DNA of 64,000 bases from a virus (IMGVR_UViG_3300033120_000804:27651-91650); one strand, 5' to 3'; counted from the first letter of the stretch, positions 11,001 through 20,629 are shown. Notes: generated from the letters alone by a model not told the origin. Numbers and translations are program-made.

Positions 11001-11445
11001 AACCAAAATAGTTTCTTTCATAATCTAATTGAGGAGTTATAAGTCTCTCAATAAAATCTTTATTTATATTAAAATCAGCAATTAATTTATCAGAAACTAA
11101 TGGAGCATCTTCCCCTGTTTTAGCATCTTTATTATTATAAAGAATATCAACACATTCTCCAAAAGTTTTAGGAGTATTTTTATGAAGATTAGCAACAAGT
11201 ATTCTAGAAGCTAAATATGAGTATTCATAATGCTTAGTAGATAGCATTGCAGCATTCTCTGCTAATAATTCATTAATTTGTACAGTAGTTACTCCATCAT
11301 ATAACCCAGAGATAGTTTTCTGGGTTACAATACTAGGATCTACAAAAGTTAATTTAGGTTCTAAATTAGCTAAATGTTTTACATGTTCAGTTAACTTATG
11401 CCAATTAGCATCAACTAAATGTCCACTTCTTTTTTTAATTTTCAT
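8068..11445 (-). CDS. nrdA: Class I ribonucleotide reductase alpha subunit containing an intein
   Basis: ATP cone, TPTLFN, SSCFL, SNL|CTEI catalytic site, APMPTAS, KTGMYY, C-terminal CEMC. Confidence 0.97.
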   Translation of the reverse strand: MKIKKRSGHLVDANWHKLTEHVKHLANLEPKLTFVDPSIVTQKTISGLYDGVTTVQINELLAENAAMLSTKHYEYSYLASRILVANLHKNTPKTFGECVDILYNNKDAKTGEDAPLVSDKLIADFNINKDFIERLITPQLDYERNYFGLKTLYKSYLIRSNGNIVETPQYMYMRVAIGIHGLDIVNIEKTYLSLANGYYTHATPTLFNSGTPKPQMSSCFLLTNKEDSLEGIMDTAKDVATISAASGGIGLAIHNIRATGSYIKGSGGTSKGLIPLLKTYNELARWWDQGGNKRKGSFAMYLEPWHADVFDFLDIRKNTGKEELRARELFPALWIPDLFMQRVEADENWTLMCPNECPGLSDVYGDEFKLLYERYEAENKGRKTIKAQELWTKILDSQIETGTPFVVYKDAANKKSNQKNLGTIKSSNLCVAAHTEILTDEGYKIISSLENQNVKVWNGTQFSDTIVRKTGENVNLHTFSFSNGSILDCTPYHKFYVKRPGKNNKGKLYEEIVNAEDLIVGDRISRFSMPAIDNSNNDFLYPYTHGLYCADGHDFGKHKRITLYGSKIDLYKKGYINLKTTSGKLTTEGSLNLTLYPEMENKYKVPLDYSLNVKLDWFAGYCDGDGHSNGKDIEITAVNKEFLENVKKMLDTMGVNCKLTLKSDETFRTFKNRNGESCERWCKSAYRLYLGGIETSKLLDLGLDCKRLNLSRTLSSNRQSENYIKVIDIERNTIISDTYCVNEPLKHKAVFNGILTGNCTEILEYTSPTEQAVCNLASIAVNKCLVKGYGGKLAANSKSEFLGYFFDHDLLYDLSYELTINLNRVIDSNHYPTPETKLSNLKHRPIGIGIQGLADTFAMMNIAFDSEEAKELNDKIFETIYFASLTASKDLAIEKGPYDSFEGSPASKGILQYDMWNKTEEVEKSSNWNWKKLKVQIVKYGIRNSLLLAPMPTASTASILGNNECFEPYTSNLYTRRVLSGEFIMVNKHLVDKLISLDLWNDTIINKLKNENGSVQNIPEIPTEVKEVFKTVWEISQKKILEMAADRGKFICQSQSMNVFMENANFGKLTSMHFYGWKLGLKTGMYYLRTKAAADAIKFTAEKEEIQEQISCSLDNPDDCEMCGA
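9172..10158 (-). mobile_element. Intein (329 aa) with LAGLIDADG endonuclease in NrdA
   Basis: Starts CVAAHTEIL right after SSNL and ends HKAVFNGILTGN before CTEI. Internal motifs GLYCADG, FAGYCDGDG and TPYHKF. Confidence 0.93.
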
Positions 11446-12236
11446 TAATTTATTATATTATTGTTCATAAAAATCTCTTCTTCTGTATAGAATACACTAT
11501 ATAATTCTGCATCTGGATGTAACTCAGACCCTATTTTTTGTTCCAATTTTAATTTTTTTTCTGGATGTTTAGTCAATATCTTACCTAGATCACTATCTAT
11601 AGTAAAATTATTAAATGTAAGTATTCTTTCTTTTGCATCCTGTGAGATTCTAGAATATTTACCATCTATTATTTTTTGTACATCTTCTTTTCTATTATCT
11701 GGAACTTTAAAAGAATATATAGTTTGAAATTTATCAACTTCTATTGTATCCTCATATAGAGGATGTGTTTTTAAGTCATCTTCAAATTTAGTAAAATCAG
11801 CAGTCCCTGAAAATCTATATAATAAATATATATTATTTCCGTAATCTCCTTCAGCTTCTAAACCTATAAAACAATTTATAAATTCTTTACTAAATCTATA
11901 ATCTTCTTTTATACCTCCTAAAAAAGGCATAATAAAAGTACTTGATTTAGTTACACTTGTATGTGTGTAAAGATAGTAACCTTCTCCTAAAAATCCTTTT
12001 GTATTTTCTCTAGTTATTTTCTTTATTTTATATTTATCTTTCTTTAAGATGAGTAAATTATCCAAAGTTAAATTAAAGCAATCATGATAATTTAAACCAG
12101 TAATTACTTGATCAGGATTCTTTATTTCATAATCACTGTGTACAGGATTTAAAACAATAATCCTTTCATTATACTTGTAAAAATTAAGTGTTGCTTTATT
12201 ATTAGACAATGTTATTGAATAATTTTTTTTAATCAT
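11445..12236 (-). CDS. Hypothetical protein, replication module
   Basis: 263 aa ORF coupled to its neighbours by overlapping stop/start codons. Confidence 0.6.
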   Translation of the reverse strand: MIKKNYSITLSNNKATLNFYKYNERIIVLNPVHSDYEIKNPDQVITGLNYHDCFNLTLDNLLILKKDKYKIKKITRENTKGFLGEGYYLYTHTSVTKSSTFIMPFLGGIKEDYRFSKEFINCFIGLEAEGDYGNNIYLLYRFSGTADFTKFEDDLKTHPLYEDTIEVDKFQTIYSFKVPDNRKEDVQKIIDGKYSRISQDAKERILTFNNFTIDSDLGKILTKHPEKKLKLEQKIGSELHPDAELYSVFYTEEEIFMNNNIIN

Positions 12237-12958
12237 TAAGTGAGTATTTCTACAGGATCTCCTATAATTGGTATAGGAAGTCCTTCATTTATAAAATCAG
12301 TATCAGTTCTAAGAAGATAGACTTGTCTAAAGTTTTTTTGAAATTCATAAACTCCTATTGATACATTCTTATAATATTTTAAATACTCATTCAAAACTAC
12401 AGAAGGTAATTCATTTAAGTTACCACCTTCTATAATAGCTTTAGACTTTATTTCTCCAACACCAGGAATACCTTTAATGTTATCAACATTATCACCACTT
12501 AACGCCTGCTGCATAAGAAATTTATAAGCCTCTTCTTTTGTTGTTATTCCCTTGGCAAACTTCTTATAGTTAAAGTATTGTCCAGGAACTTGATTTATTA
12601 CATCTTTATCTGGAGAACAAATTACAGTTTCATCTGTTAAATTATTAGCTAAATAACTAATTACATCATCAGATTCTACATTTTCTATAAATGTTGCTCC
12701 ATAATGCTCAATCATATAGTATTTTAAAGTCTTAATAAACTTTAAAGATTGAGCAGGTCTTGTACCTTTATATTCTTTATTAATAGAATGCCTAAAGTAA
12801 GTACCTATTGAAAGATAAAGATAGTAATGTGTAAGTTTATTATATTTAATTATATTAGATAGTAGAGAGTCCACTTTCTTTATAGAATCTTGTATAGACC
12901 CTCCACTACCAATATAACAAATAGAATCTCCATCAATTAATCCTATTTTTCTTTTCAT
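12236..12958 (-). CDS. 5'-3' exonuclease / flap endonuclease (RNase H-like)
   Basis: LIDGDS, YKGTR, ESDD, SPDKD, GDNVDNIKGIPGVG motifs. Confidence 0.92.
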   Translation of the reverse strand: MKRKIGLIDGDSICYIGSGGSIQDSIKKVDSLLSNIIKYNKLTHYYLYLSIGTYFRHSINKEYKGTRPAQSLKFIKTLKYYMIEHYGATFIENVESDDVISYLANNLTDETVICSPDKDVINQVPGQYFNYKKFAKGITTKEEAYKFLMQQALSGDNVDNIKGIPGVGEIKSKAIIEGGNLNELPSVVLNEYLKYYKNVSIGVYEFQKNFRQVYLLRTDTDFINEGLPIPIIGDPVEILT

Positions 12959-13554
12959 TAAACTTTTTCTTTTTCTAGTATTTCAATATTAAATACTAAT
13001 TTGCGATCTTTTGGATCTGTAACCCAATGATATTTTTTACGTCCACTTTCTAATACATACTCAGGACTATCATTAGGGATAATTTTTTCTTCTATTAAAG
13101 CATCTTCAAAAAACTTCTCTAAAAGCCACATATTTGATATATCTGGCATCTTACCTCTATGTACTTCATATATGTCAACAGAGATGCTTAAATAACGGTT
13201 TTCATCTACTTTAATTGGTTTTAATTGCTCATTAATATACTTTGCAAAATAATTATGATAATACTGGGCTATTTTACCTCTCATTATGTAATTAAGTTCT
13301 GCATTGTATAGTGCTTGACCATTAAGAATCCAAATATTTTCTTTTCCTACTTTTATAGAATTTTTTAAAAATCTATTACCTAGATCATCTTTACAATATA
13401 ATTTTCCACCTACCAATGTAGGCTCCTTTGAACAAATTGCAAGATATTTCTTAGGTAACTTTTCCTTATCTTTAAATAACCAATATTTAGGACTAGTTTT
13501 TTTTGCTTTAACAAAATAATATTCCCATTCAGGAATAATTACATGATATACCAT
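12958..13554 (-). CDS. RusA-like Holliday junction resolvase
   Basis: PDISNM…KFFEDAL…IIPNDS matches the RusA D-x-x-N…K…D…(D/N)D pattern. Confidence 0.7.
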   Translation of the reverse strand: MVYHVIIPEWEYYFVKAKKTSPKYWLFKDKEKLPKKYLAICSKEPTLVGGKLYCKDDLGNRFLKNSIKVGKENIWILNGQALYNAELNYIMRGKIAQYYHNYFAKYINEQLKPIKVDENRYLSISVDIYEVHRGKMPDISNMWLLEKFFEDALIEEKIIPNDSPEYVLESGRKKYHWVTDPKDRKLVFNIEILEKEKV

Positions 13555-14545
13555 GTGTTTTTAAATAATTTGACAAATCTAATAAAGAATATTTTTTAAC
13601 ATAATCAGAACAATCTTTTACTTTGTATTCTTCTGGTACAAAGATATAAGAAATATCATATAAATTTGATAGTTCTAATGCATTTCTTTTTCCAGTAGAA
13701 TCATTATCATAAAGAATTACTATTTTTTTAAATCTTTGTTTCAAACTATTTATAAATTCTTCATAAATCTTTGACCCCTCAGACTGAGGAGCTATTGAAT
13801 AAATATTTAATTTAGATAAAACTAATATATCTTTCCATGATTTAGTTATAATTAATAAATCACCTTTATCAGGTAATAAATCATAACCTTGAAACACAGA
13901 GGTAGATACATTACTTAACCATTTTATTTTACTATAAGGTTGGTAAATTTTCCATAACTCATTATTATTAGAGTCTAGTCCAAAATAATAACCATAACAT
14001 AAATTACTAGCTTTATAATATATACCATTAATCCAAAATTCTTGTAAAGGAAAGATTTTTGCTTTTGTCAGATCTTCTGATGATATACTATAGTTATCTA
14101 GCCAGTATCTTTTATCATTTATATTTAAACTTCTTTTTCTTACTTGTATTATAGTAAATTCTTTCTCTTTAAATTCTAAATAATCTTTATTGTGTATAAT
14201 AGGTTTTTTAGTAGTAGTAGTATTAATATTGTAGATACTATTATACATATTTATAAGACCTAAATTAAAATCACTATTAATTATTGCTAAAGCATCATTA
14301 AAACTAACATTATATTTAGCTTTTACATAGCTGAAACAATTTAATTGATCTGGAAATCTAAAATCCCTATAAAATAGATCACTATTCTTAAATAGAATTG
14401 CACATGTTGGATTTTTATCATTTCTTAATTCACTACAGAATAATTTACCAACCTCATTAAAACCTGCTATATAATATTTAAAAATATCATACGATGTTAT
14501 CTTGTCTAATACAGCATTAGCTGTTAAAGCTAACATCACTTTCAT
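13529..14545 (-). CDS. DNA primase (Toprim)
   Basis: SELRNDKNPTC N-terminus, IITKSWKD, YDND, KDCSD. Confidence 0.88.
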   Translation of the reverse strand: MKVMLALTANAVLDKITSYDIFKYYIAGFNEVGKLFCSELRNDKNPTCAILFKNSDLFYRDFRFPDQLNCFSYVKAKYNVSFNDALAIINSDFNLGLINMYNSIYNINTTTTKKPIIHNKDYLEFKEKEFTIIQVRKRSLNINDKRYWLDNYSISSEDLTKAKIFPLQEFWINGIYYKASNLCYGYYFGLDSNNNELWKIYQPYSKIKWLSNVSTSVFQGYDLLPDKGDLLIITKSWKDILVLSKLNIYSIAPQSEGSKIYEEFINSLKQRFKKIVILYDNDSTGKRNALELSNLYDISYIFVPEEYKVKDCSDYVKKYSLLDLSNYLKTHGISCNYS

Positions 14546-14561
14546 AGTTTTACTTTATTTA

Positions 14562-15128
14562 TTAAAATGGCATACCATCTGGAGCAGGAGTTTCTGCCAT
14601 TGAATCAGTTGTACCTGTTGTACTTGGAGGTGCAGGTTTTACATAAATATCATATTGAGGGTTAGTAGTAAATTTACCCTTACCATCTTCTGCTGCAAAT
14701 GGAGGAAATGATGGGAATACTGCATACCAATTTCCATTACTTGTATTTTGTTTATAAATAATTTTAAGATCTAGTTTTTTACCATAATTAGGAGAAAATA
14801 CTTTTTCTTCCAATTTATTAATAAAATCAGCAAAAGAACTTACATCCTTTACAGCTTCATTATATTCTTCTTGAGATACTAATTTAGTACAAATATGTAG
14901 AATATTAGTATTTAAGATTTTAATCCCTGTCTCTTTATCAGAATCAAAAAATGATATATTAAGCATATAACCATTTGATTGTTTAAATGTTAATACTGCT
15001 CTTTTATCAGTGCCTTCTGCTAATCCAAAACTCACTATTTCATTACCTTTAACACATTCTCCCACAAGTTCTCTTGCAGTGATTAAAGATTTACCATTTT
15101 CATCTGTTGTATTACCGTATTTTTGCAT
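14562..15128 (-). CDS. Putative single-stranded DNA-binding protein
   Basis: Flexible acidic tail ending DGMPF; lies between the AAA ATPase and primase genes. Confidence 0.55.
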   Translation of the reverse strand: MQKYGNTTDENGKSLITARELVGECVKGNEIVSFGLAEGTDKRAVLTFKQSNGYMLNISFFDSDKETGIKILNTNILHICTKLVSQEEYNEAVKDVSSFADFINKLEEKVFSPNYGKKLDLKIIYKQNTSNGNWYAVFPSFPPFAAEDGKGKFTTNPQYDIYVKPAPPSTTGTTDSMAETPAPDGMPF

Positions 15129-15205
15129 AATAATTTTTTTCTAATTTATTTGTTTTTACTTTCCTTTACAAGCTCTTTTATTCTTATTTCTATCAAATCT
15201 TTTAG

Positions 15206-15520
15206 TCAATAAGGAAGATCGTCTTCTATTTTTTCTATAACTACTTCTTCAACTTTAGGTTTTCTAAATTCCTTTTGATTCTTCATCAATCTTTTAAATA
15301 CATCTTCTGAAAGATCTTCTTCAAAAAGTACTTTAGGGACAAATTTAGTTGCCTTAATATCAGGATCTTTAAAAACTAATCTTAACTCTTTCTCAGTTAA
15401 ATTATATTTTTCCATAATAGATCCAATTTCAGGATTATAAGCCTTATCTGTAGGTCTTTTTGAATATCCTGCTAAAATATCAGCTTTAATAGCTTCTCTT
15501 GATACTATAATTTCACTCAT
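15206..15520 (-). CDS. Hypothetical protein with SSB-like C-terminal tail (EDDLPY)
   Basis: ORF track; acidic DDLPY terminus. Confidence 0.55.
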   Translation of the reverse strand: MSEIIVSREAIKADILAGYSKRPTDKAYNPEIGSIMEKYNLTEKELRLVFKDPDIKATKFVPKVLFEEDLSEDVFKRLMKNQKEFRKPKVEEVVIEKIEDDLPY

Positions 15521-15530
15521 TATTATTTAT

Positions 15531-16220
15531 TTATGCATTATTATATTTGTGAATATATTCAGATACTAATCCTAAATCATTAGGAATATTAATATTTGGA
15601 AACATTCCAATAGGAGATCTAGCAGGATATTTACCATCATGATTAGTAATAAATGAATAACTTACCTTACTTTCCTCATTTTTAGAAACATCTGAATATA
15701 AAATTACTGTAAATAACCCCTCTAAAGTTAAATATGAATCAATCATATGTCCTATGGTTTTCATTTTATATCCTGTCTCTTTATCTTCTTCTGGGTGCCA
15801 CATAAAGTAGACATTTAAATCAGATCTTGTTTCTTTACAGGTAGTGATTAATTTAGCTAAATTAGCACCCATATCTGTAAATTTATTATAGCCAGTTTCT
15901 TTAGCTCTAGCCATAAACTCAAAAGCTAAAATGTATTGACCATCATCAATAATAATATCTTTAATATCTTCTCTAGAATCTGAGATATATTTGATTACTT
16001 TACAAATATCTTGTGAACTAGAGCTTTCAACTAAATTACCTCCTTCACTTATTTTACCACCATAGAGTTTTTTCCATCCTCTAAATGGTAAATCCTTGCC
16101 TGCTACATTAATTATAACAGTTTGTTTAGGGTCTAAACCCTTAATTTTTAATTCAGGTACTTCTCCAATACTAGTACTTTTACCAGTTCCAGATTTCCCC
16201 ACAATAGCAATTGCTGACAT
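15531..16220 (-). CDS. AAA_24/Sak4-like P-loop ATPase
   Basis: GKSGTGKS Walker A, IIIDD Walker B, KTIG..ID, A.SP.GMF. Confidence 0.85.
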   Translation of the reverse strand: MSAIAIVGKSGTGKSTSIGEVPELKIKGLDPKQTVIINVAGKDLPFRGWKKLYGGKISEGGNLVESSSSQDICKVIKYISDSREDIKDIIIDDGQYILAFEFMARAKETGYNKFTDMGANLAKLITTCKETRSDLNVYFMWHPEEDKETGYKMKTIGHMIDSYLTLEGLFTVILYSDVSKNEESKVSYSFITNHDGKYPARSPIGMFPNINIPNDLGLVSEYIHKYNNA

Positions 16221-16374
16221 TTAATAATTTTTAATAATTTAAAACCTTGTAGCAGGAACTGCAGATTAGTTCAATAGAATAACCATGTTGCTACAAGTAG
16301 AGTTCCCACTCTTATCTCTGCAGTCCCTTTTGTTTTGGTTTGTTTTTAACATACTATTTATTGATTAAGTATAT

Positions 16375-18627
16375 TTATGCTCTCTTTACCCAGAGACCAT
16401 CTTTTTGAATATATGTACTATTATCGTTTTTCAAACTAGCCATATATTGATATAATTCAGGAGTCATTTCAGATGCTTTAGGTAGTTCTCTAAAAGTACC
16501 TGAAGGGCCTATAAAGTTTAAGCCTACGTTAATATTAGGTTCTCCATCTCTATTTGCGATTATTTCTAAATTTCTATAATGATTTCCTAGTTTAAGAATA
16601 TCATATTTTTGAAACTCTTTCATTTGATAGAAAGAAGGATTAAATAATGCTAATATTACATTTGCATCCCGTACAGTATATTTACTATCTCCAAAATCTT
16701 TTGCAGTAGGTGTTAATCTACCAGATTTATGCCTTTCATCATTTTCACTATCAAAAGCTAATTGTTGAATTGCAATAGGACTCATTTTAAATAAGTTTCT
16801 ACAGAATACGAAATATGAAGATAGCTTATCAATGTTTTCCTTTAATTTAAAACCTCTCTCTTCCCTAAGTAAAGCAATATGATCAATAAATCCTAACCAA
16901 TATGCTTTTTTATTTTTAGGTATAAAGCTATCTACTCTCATAATAGGATCTTTAGCAGGGTCTTGTTGTATATTTTTATACAGTACTTCACCCTTTGTTT
17001 TGCCTTTATTAAATAGATAATTATAAATACCTGTAGGGTTATCTACATCAGCATGAATAGTTAAAATATCTTCTAATTCATCAAAATAGTTTCTATATTT
17101 TAATATTAAGTCATATAGTTCTCCGCTTATTTTATTCTTACCTCTAGATAATACTAAATTAGCATCTGCTATAATTCCATAGTCATGCCACAGTTTTCTA
17201 GAAATACCTTTAATAATCTTAGTTTGAACATCAATTTCATAAGAAAAATAATCAATATCCAACTCAAATCCATCTAACTCATCCTTATCTTTTAAGGCTT
17301 TATAATAGTCAAAAGCTCCATAAAGAAATATATCATCTGCCAGACTCGTTTTTCCCAGTGTTGTTAACGTAAAGGCTCTTTATCCTTTACTTCTATATAT
17401 TACTATATAGCTCAGACTATATCATCACTAGAATAGCCAAAATACTCTTTTTTTAAAATAATATTAAAAGTAGTATTTTCTATTCCAGGCAGGGCGCTCG
17501 TGTCAGCATTACTATCCTCAGCATTATCTGTTTGGATTTGGCTGTTAGTCGTTGAACCTTCTAAAGTATTACTACTTAAGCTTGGCTGCTGATTATCCTC
17601 ACCGACTGTGATAGGACTTCCCAGCAATTCACCCTGTTTTTTAAGGTCTTCTATTAAATATCTATTTTTATATAAATTACGTTTATTTTTCATAGCTCTT
17701 GAAATTGTTTGAAATGTTTTATTAAAAAAAGTACCACAACTTTTATAAGAATCAAATTCATAATAGATACCTGTGTAAGTATCTAAAACTAATAAAGCTT
17801 TCTGCCTCTTTAAAGAAACCTCTGTGTAATCTCTTCCTAAATATTCTTCTATAATTTTACTATCATTTGAATATTTCCATTGAAATCCCCCAGCAGTTCT
17901 ATGTTTTCCTTTTAGAACCCTTGTTATTTGACATGTTGAGATATTACATTGATCAGATGCTTTAGTAACAGAATTATATTCAATAATAAAATTACCCTTT
18001 AAATCATATTTCTTTATTTTCTTTTCACTATAACTTTTTATTTTTCCAGACTTAATTCTAATTAGTCTAGTCTCAGACATCTTTTTTCTTGATTCATCTG
18101 TTACAGTTAAACGTATAACATCTTTCTTTAAATTATAATCTCCAAAAAGATTAATCCATTTTTGTTCTACAATAGCTAAATTTTCAATACTACTCAATTC
18201 TAACAAAAAACAGATGAAATTTTCTTCAAAATATTTATTCCAAGCGGATTGAAGATATGAATTTTCATGCTTATTGTTACGTAATAAAGACCTATGTTTT
18301 AATAAACGATTTTTTATATTTTTTGAACTTCCTATATAACATTTATTATTAAATGTATTTTTAATGCAGTAAATCCCAATTGATTTCTCCCACTTATTGT
18401 CAATTTTCATATATCATATTTACACAAATATAATAAATATTATTTAATGAGGGATAAAATATTTAATTTTCTTTTTAAACCTTACTAGAAGCACCTATTA
18501 AATAATAAGTTTTCTGTTGTATGTTAGGTAAATATTGTTTAAGTCTTTCAAAAGCTATAGGTATTCCTTTATTGTTACCTTTTAATCCATCATCAATTTG
18601 TTCTAATGCTCTATCAAAATAACTCAT
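16375..18627 (-). CDS. DnaB-like replicative helicase, two exons (18627-18478 and 17355-16375)
   Basis: Exon 1 MSYFDRALEQID…YYLIGASSKV joined to exon 2 GKTSLADD… rebuilds the Walker A AxxxxGKT. Downstream motifs IDHIAL, IQQL, RDA, NRDG. Confidence 0.88.
17356..18477 (-). mobile_element. Group I intron in the helicase gene
   Basis: Exon 1 ends in U followed by an in-frame TAA; intron ends in G. Core elements on the minus strand: GAATTGCTGGGAA, AATCAGCAG, GTTCAACGACT, GATATAGTCTGA. Confidence 0.92.
17412..18410 (-). CDS. Intron-encoded GIY-YIG homing endonuclease with NUMOD repeats
   Basis: GIYCIKN…CYIGSS; NUMOD3/NUMOD1-like segments (KKMSE…, GGFQWKY). Confidence 0.92.
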   Translation of the reverse strand: MKIDNKWEKSIGIYCIKNTFNNKCYIGSSKNIKNRLLKHRSLLRNNKHENSYLQSAWNKYFEENFICFLLELSSIENLAIVEQKWINLFGDYNLKKDVIRLTVTDESRKKMSETRLIRIKSGKIKSYSEKKIKKYDLKGNFIIEYNSVTKASDQCNISTCQITRVLKGKHRTAGGFQWKYSNDSKIIEEYLGRDYTEVSLKRQKALLVLDTYTGIYYEFDSYKSCGTFFNKTFQTISRAMKNKRNLYKNRYLIEDLKKQGELLGSPITVGEDNQQPSLSSNTLEGSTTNSQIQTDNAEDSNADTSALPGIENTTFNIILKKEYFGYSSDDIV

Positions 18628-19004
18628 AAAGTTTTTCTATAGTAAAGTTCGTTTTCAATTATATCTAATAAATGTTGTTCTATGTGTGATTTATATATTA
18701 AAATATCTTTAAGCTGTCTTAATTTTAAATCTTTTATTAACACCCATTCAATTTGTAAGTCTTTATGTAATCCTTTGTATGTAGCAATTGACCATCTTAA
18801 ATTATTTCTTCTAGTCTCATGACTACCATCATCTAATATGGTCAATTCTTCCCAGTCCACTTCAGATACCCTTCTTAAGTAATCATTACCTCCATCTATT
18901 GCTACAGAGCCACATTTACAAAATTTAAAATCATGTATATGATAAGATTGTATAACTTCTTCACATACTGGACATCTAATTTTGTTACATAAATATTTAC
19001 TCAT
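18624..19004 (-). CDS. Conserved phage Zn-binding protein
   Basis: CPVCEEVIQS…HDFKFCKCGSVAIDGG..YLRR motif widespread in phages. Confidence 0.7.
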   Translation of the reverse strand: MSKYLCNKIRCPVCEEVIQSYHIHDFKFCKCGSVAIDGGNDYLRRVSEVDWEELTILDDGSHETRRNNLRWSIATYKGLHKDLQIEWVLIKDLKLRQLKDILIYKSHIEQHLLDIIENELYYRKTL

Positions 19005-19345
19005 AGTTTTTGCATTTTTATTAATTTTTTAAGAATTAGTTTTTCCATAGATAGATCTTCTTTGATATTAATATTTTCTTCTATTGGTTTTTCATTTAAA
19101 TGTATGATCTCATGTGAAAAAACCCAATAACATTTTGTGTAATCACTAATATTGATTTTTTTATCATCTAAAGTGTAAGCACTCCCCAACCTCCCCCCCC
19201 CTCCCACCAACCCAACTTCTTCACTAAAATTTATTAAGATTTCCTTTCGTCCTGCCATAGCCCTAATACTTTTCTCTTTAAAGCCTATTACCGTAGCATT
19301 ATATGTTTTCTCAAATAAAACTAAATCACCAATATTAAAGTCCAT
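19001..19345 (-). CDS. Hypothetical protein containing a G9 homopolymer
   Basis: ORF track; C9 run on + strand at 19193-19201. Confidence 0.55.
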   Translation of the reverse strand: MDFNIGDLVLFEKTYNATVIGFKEKSIRAMAGRKEILINFSEEVGLVGGGGRLGSAYTLDDKKINISDYTKCYWVFSHEIIHLNEKPIEENINIKEDLSMEKLILKKLIKMQKL

Positions 19346-19775
19346 ATTATTTTAAATAATATTTATCCAATGAAACCAAAAATATATTTGATAACACCAC
19401 ATTAATAAATTAAGTATACTTCCAAAAGTGTTTGTATTAAAACCAAAAGTTACAAGTAATGGAGCAATACTACATTCAAATATTTTTATCCAAGATAACA
19501 TTCTAATTACAGTAAAATAAAATGTTAAACAAAATAATGTTATTTTTAAAAATTCTATCATAACTAATAATCTATTTCTATATAAAATGTTTCCTCTTCA
19601 ATTCCAGGATGATTCTCTTTAAACCAAACATCTAACGGATTACTATTATCTAATGTATCAATATGCACTTCTACATAACAATTACTAGGATATTCTTTTA
19701 ACCATTGTGGTATTAACTCTTCTGGTATAGAAGAATAACTTACTACTTTACCATTAATTTCTTTTAAACTCATAT

Positions 19776-20366
19776 TTATATTTCTTTATGAAAAGATCCC
19801 CCTCCATTCTCAATTTGAGATAGATAATTATCTTTTCCTTTAATATCTTCAATCATTGAAGCTAAAGTAGAAGTTCTTTCTCCTTTTCTAACTTCTTTAA
19901 AAATGAAATAATCAGCACATTGCATATAATTGTAATTCTGCCTACTCATTTCAAATACATAGACTCTAGTAGCCTCATATATCTCTTCTTTGGAGAACTC
20001 TGGATACTCTTTGCAGAATATTACCATTTTCTTAAAACAGGCTCTCTTATCACCTCTAGCAGGTCTACCTGTAGTTCTAACACCTTCTGGAAAGATTTGT
20101 CTCCATTCATCTATCCAACTTTCAATTAAAAGAGGGGAAGAATCACTTTTGAGTATATCTATAAATGCTTGCCTCAATAGGATACTCCCCTCTGTTATCT
20201 TACAAAATCCTTTGGCTTCTAAGTTTTTATTTAAAATATTTATTTGTTGTTGAGTTAAACCAGGATAATCTACATTTTTGTAGATACAAATTAAATAACA
20301 ATATTCTGTTGGTGTTAAATTATACTTTTGTAACTTATATAAATTAAAAGAAATGTCCAGACTCAT
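19776..20366 (-). CDS. Conserved crAss-like protein upstream of the helicase (possible initiator/loader)
   Basis: wHTH-like N-terminus; W…FP…R…YM..ADYFIFK pattern. Confidence 0.5.
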   Translation of the reverse strand: MSLDISFNLYKLQKYNLTPTEYCYLICIYKNVDYPGLTQQQINILNKNLEAKGFCKITEGSILLRQAFIDILKSDSSPLLIESWIDEWRQIFPEGVRTTGRPARGDKRACFKKMVIFCKEYPEFSKEEIYEATRVYVFEMSRQNYNYMQCADYFIFKEVRKGERTSTLASMIEDIKGKDNYLSQIENGGGSFHKEI

Positions 20367-20629
20367 GTCTCCTTGCTTCTAATTCATAATCTTCTGTAGT
20401 AAATATCTCATGAAGATTATATAGCTCATTATAACTTTCTACATTTTCTTCTGTACAAATTACATCAAAAGTTTCACTGATTGCTTTGGCATATTCTTTA
20501 TTAGTTTTAATAAAAGAATTTTCTAATTGAACTGTTTTAAGCATTTTACCTAACTCATGTAATTCTACAGTTCTTTGATCTGTTTTTATATTTAACTCAT
20601 CTAACATAACTTATATTTTAAATTGATAA

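Noticed and set aside
19190-19216. G-rich tract as a second DGR variable region
   Set aside because: Only ~9 nt (GGGTTGGT) resemble the VR start; the rest does not align to the TR.
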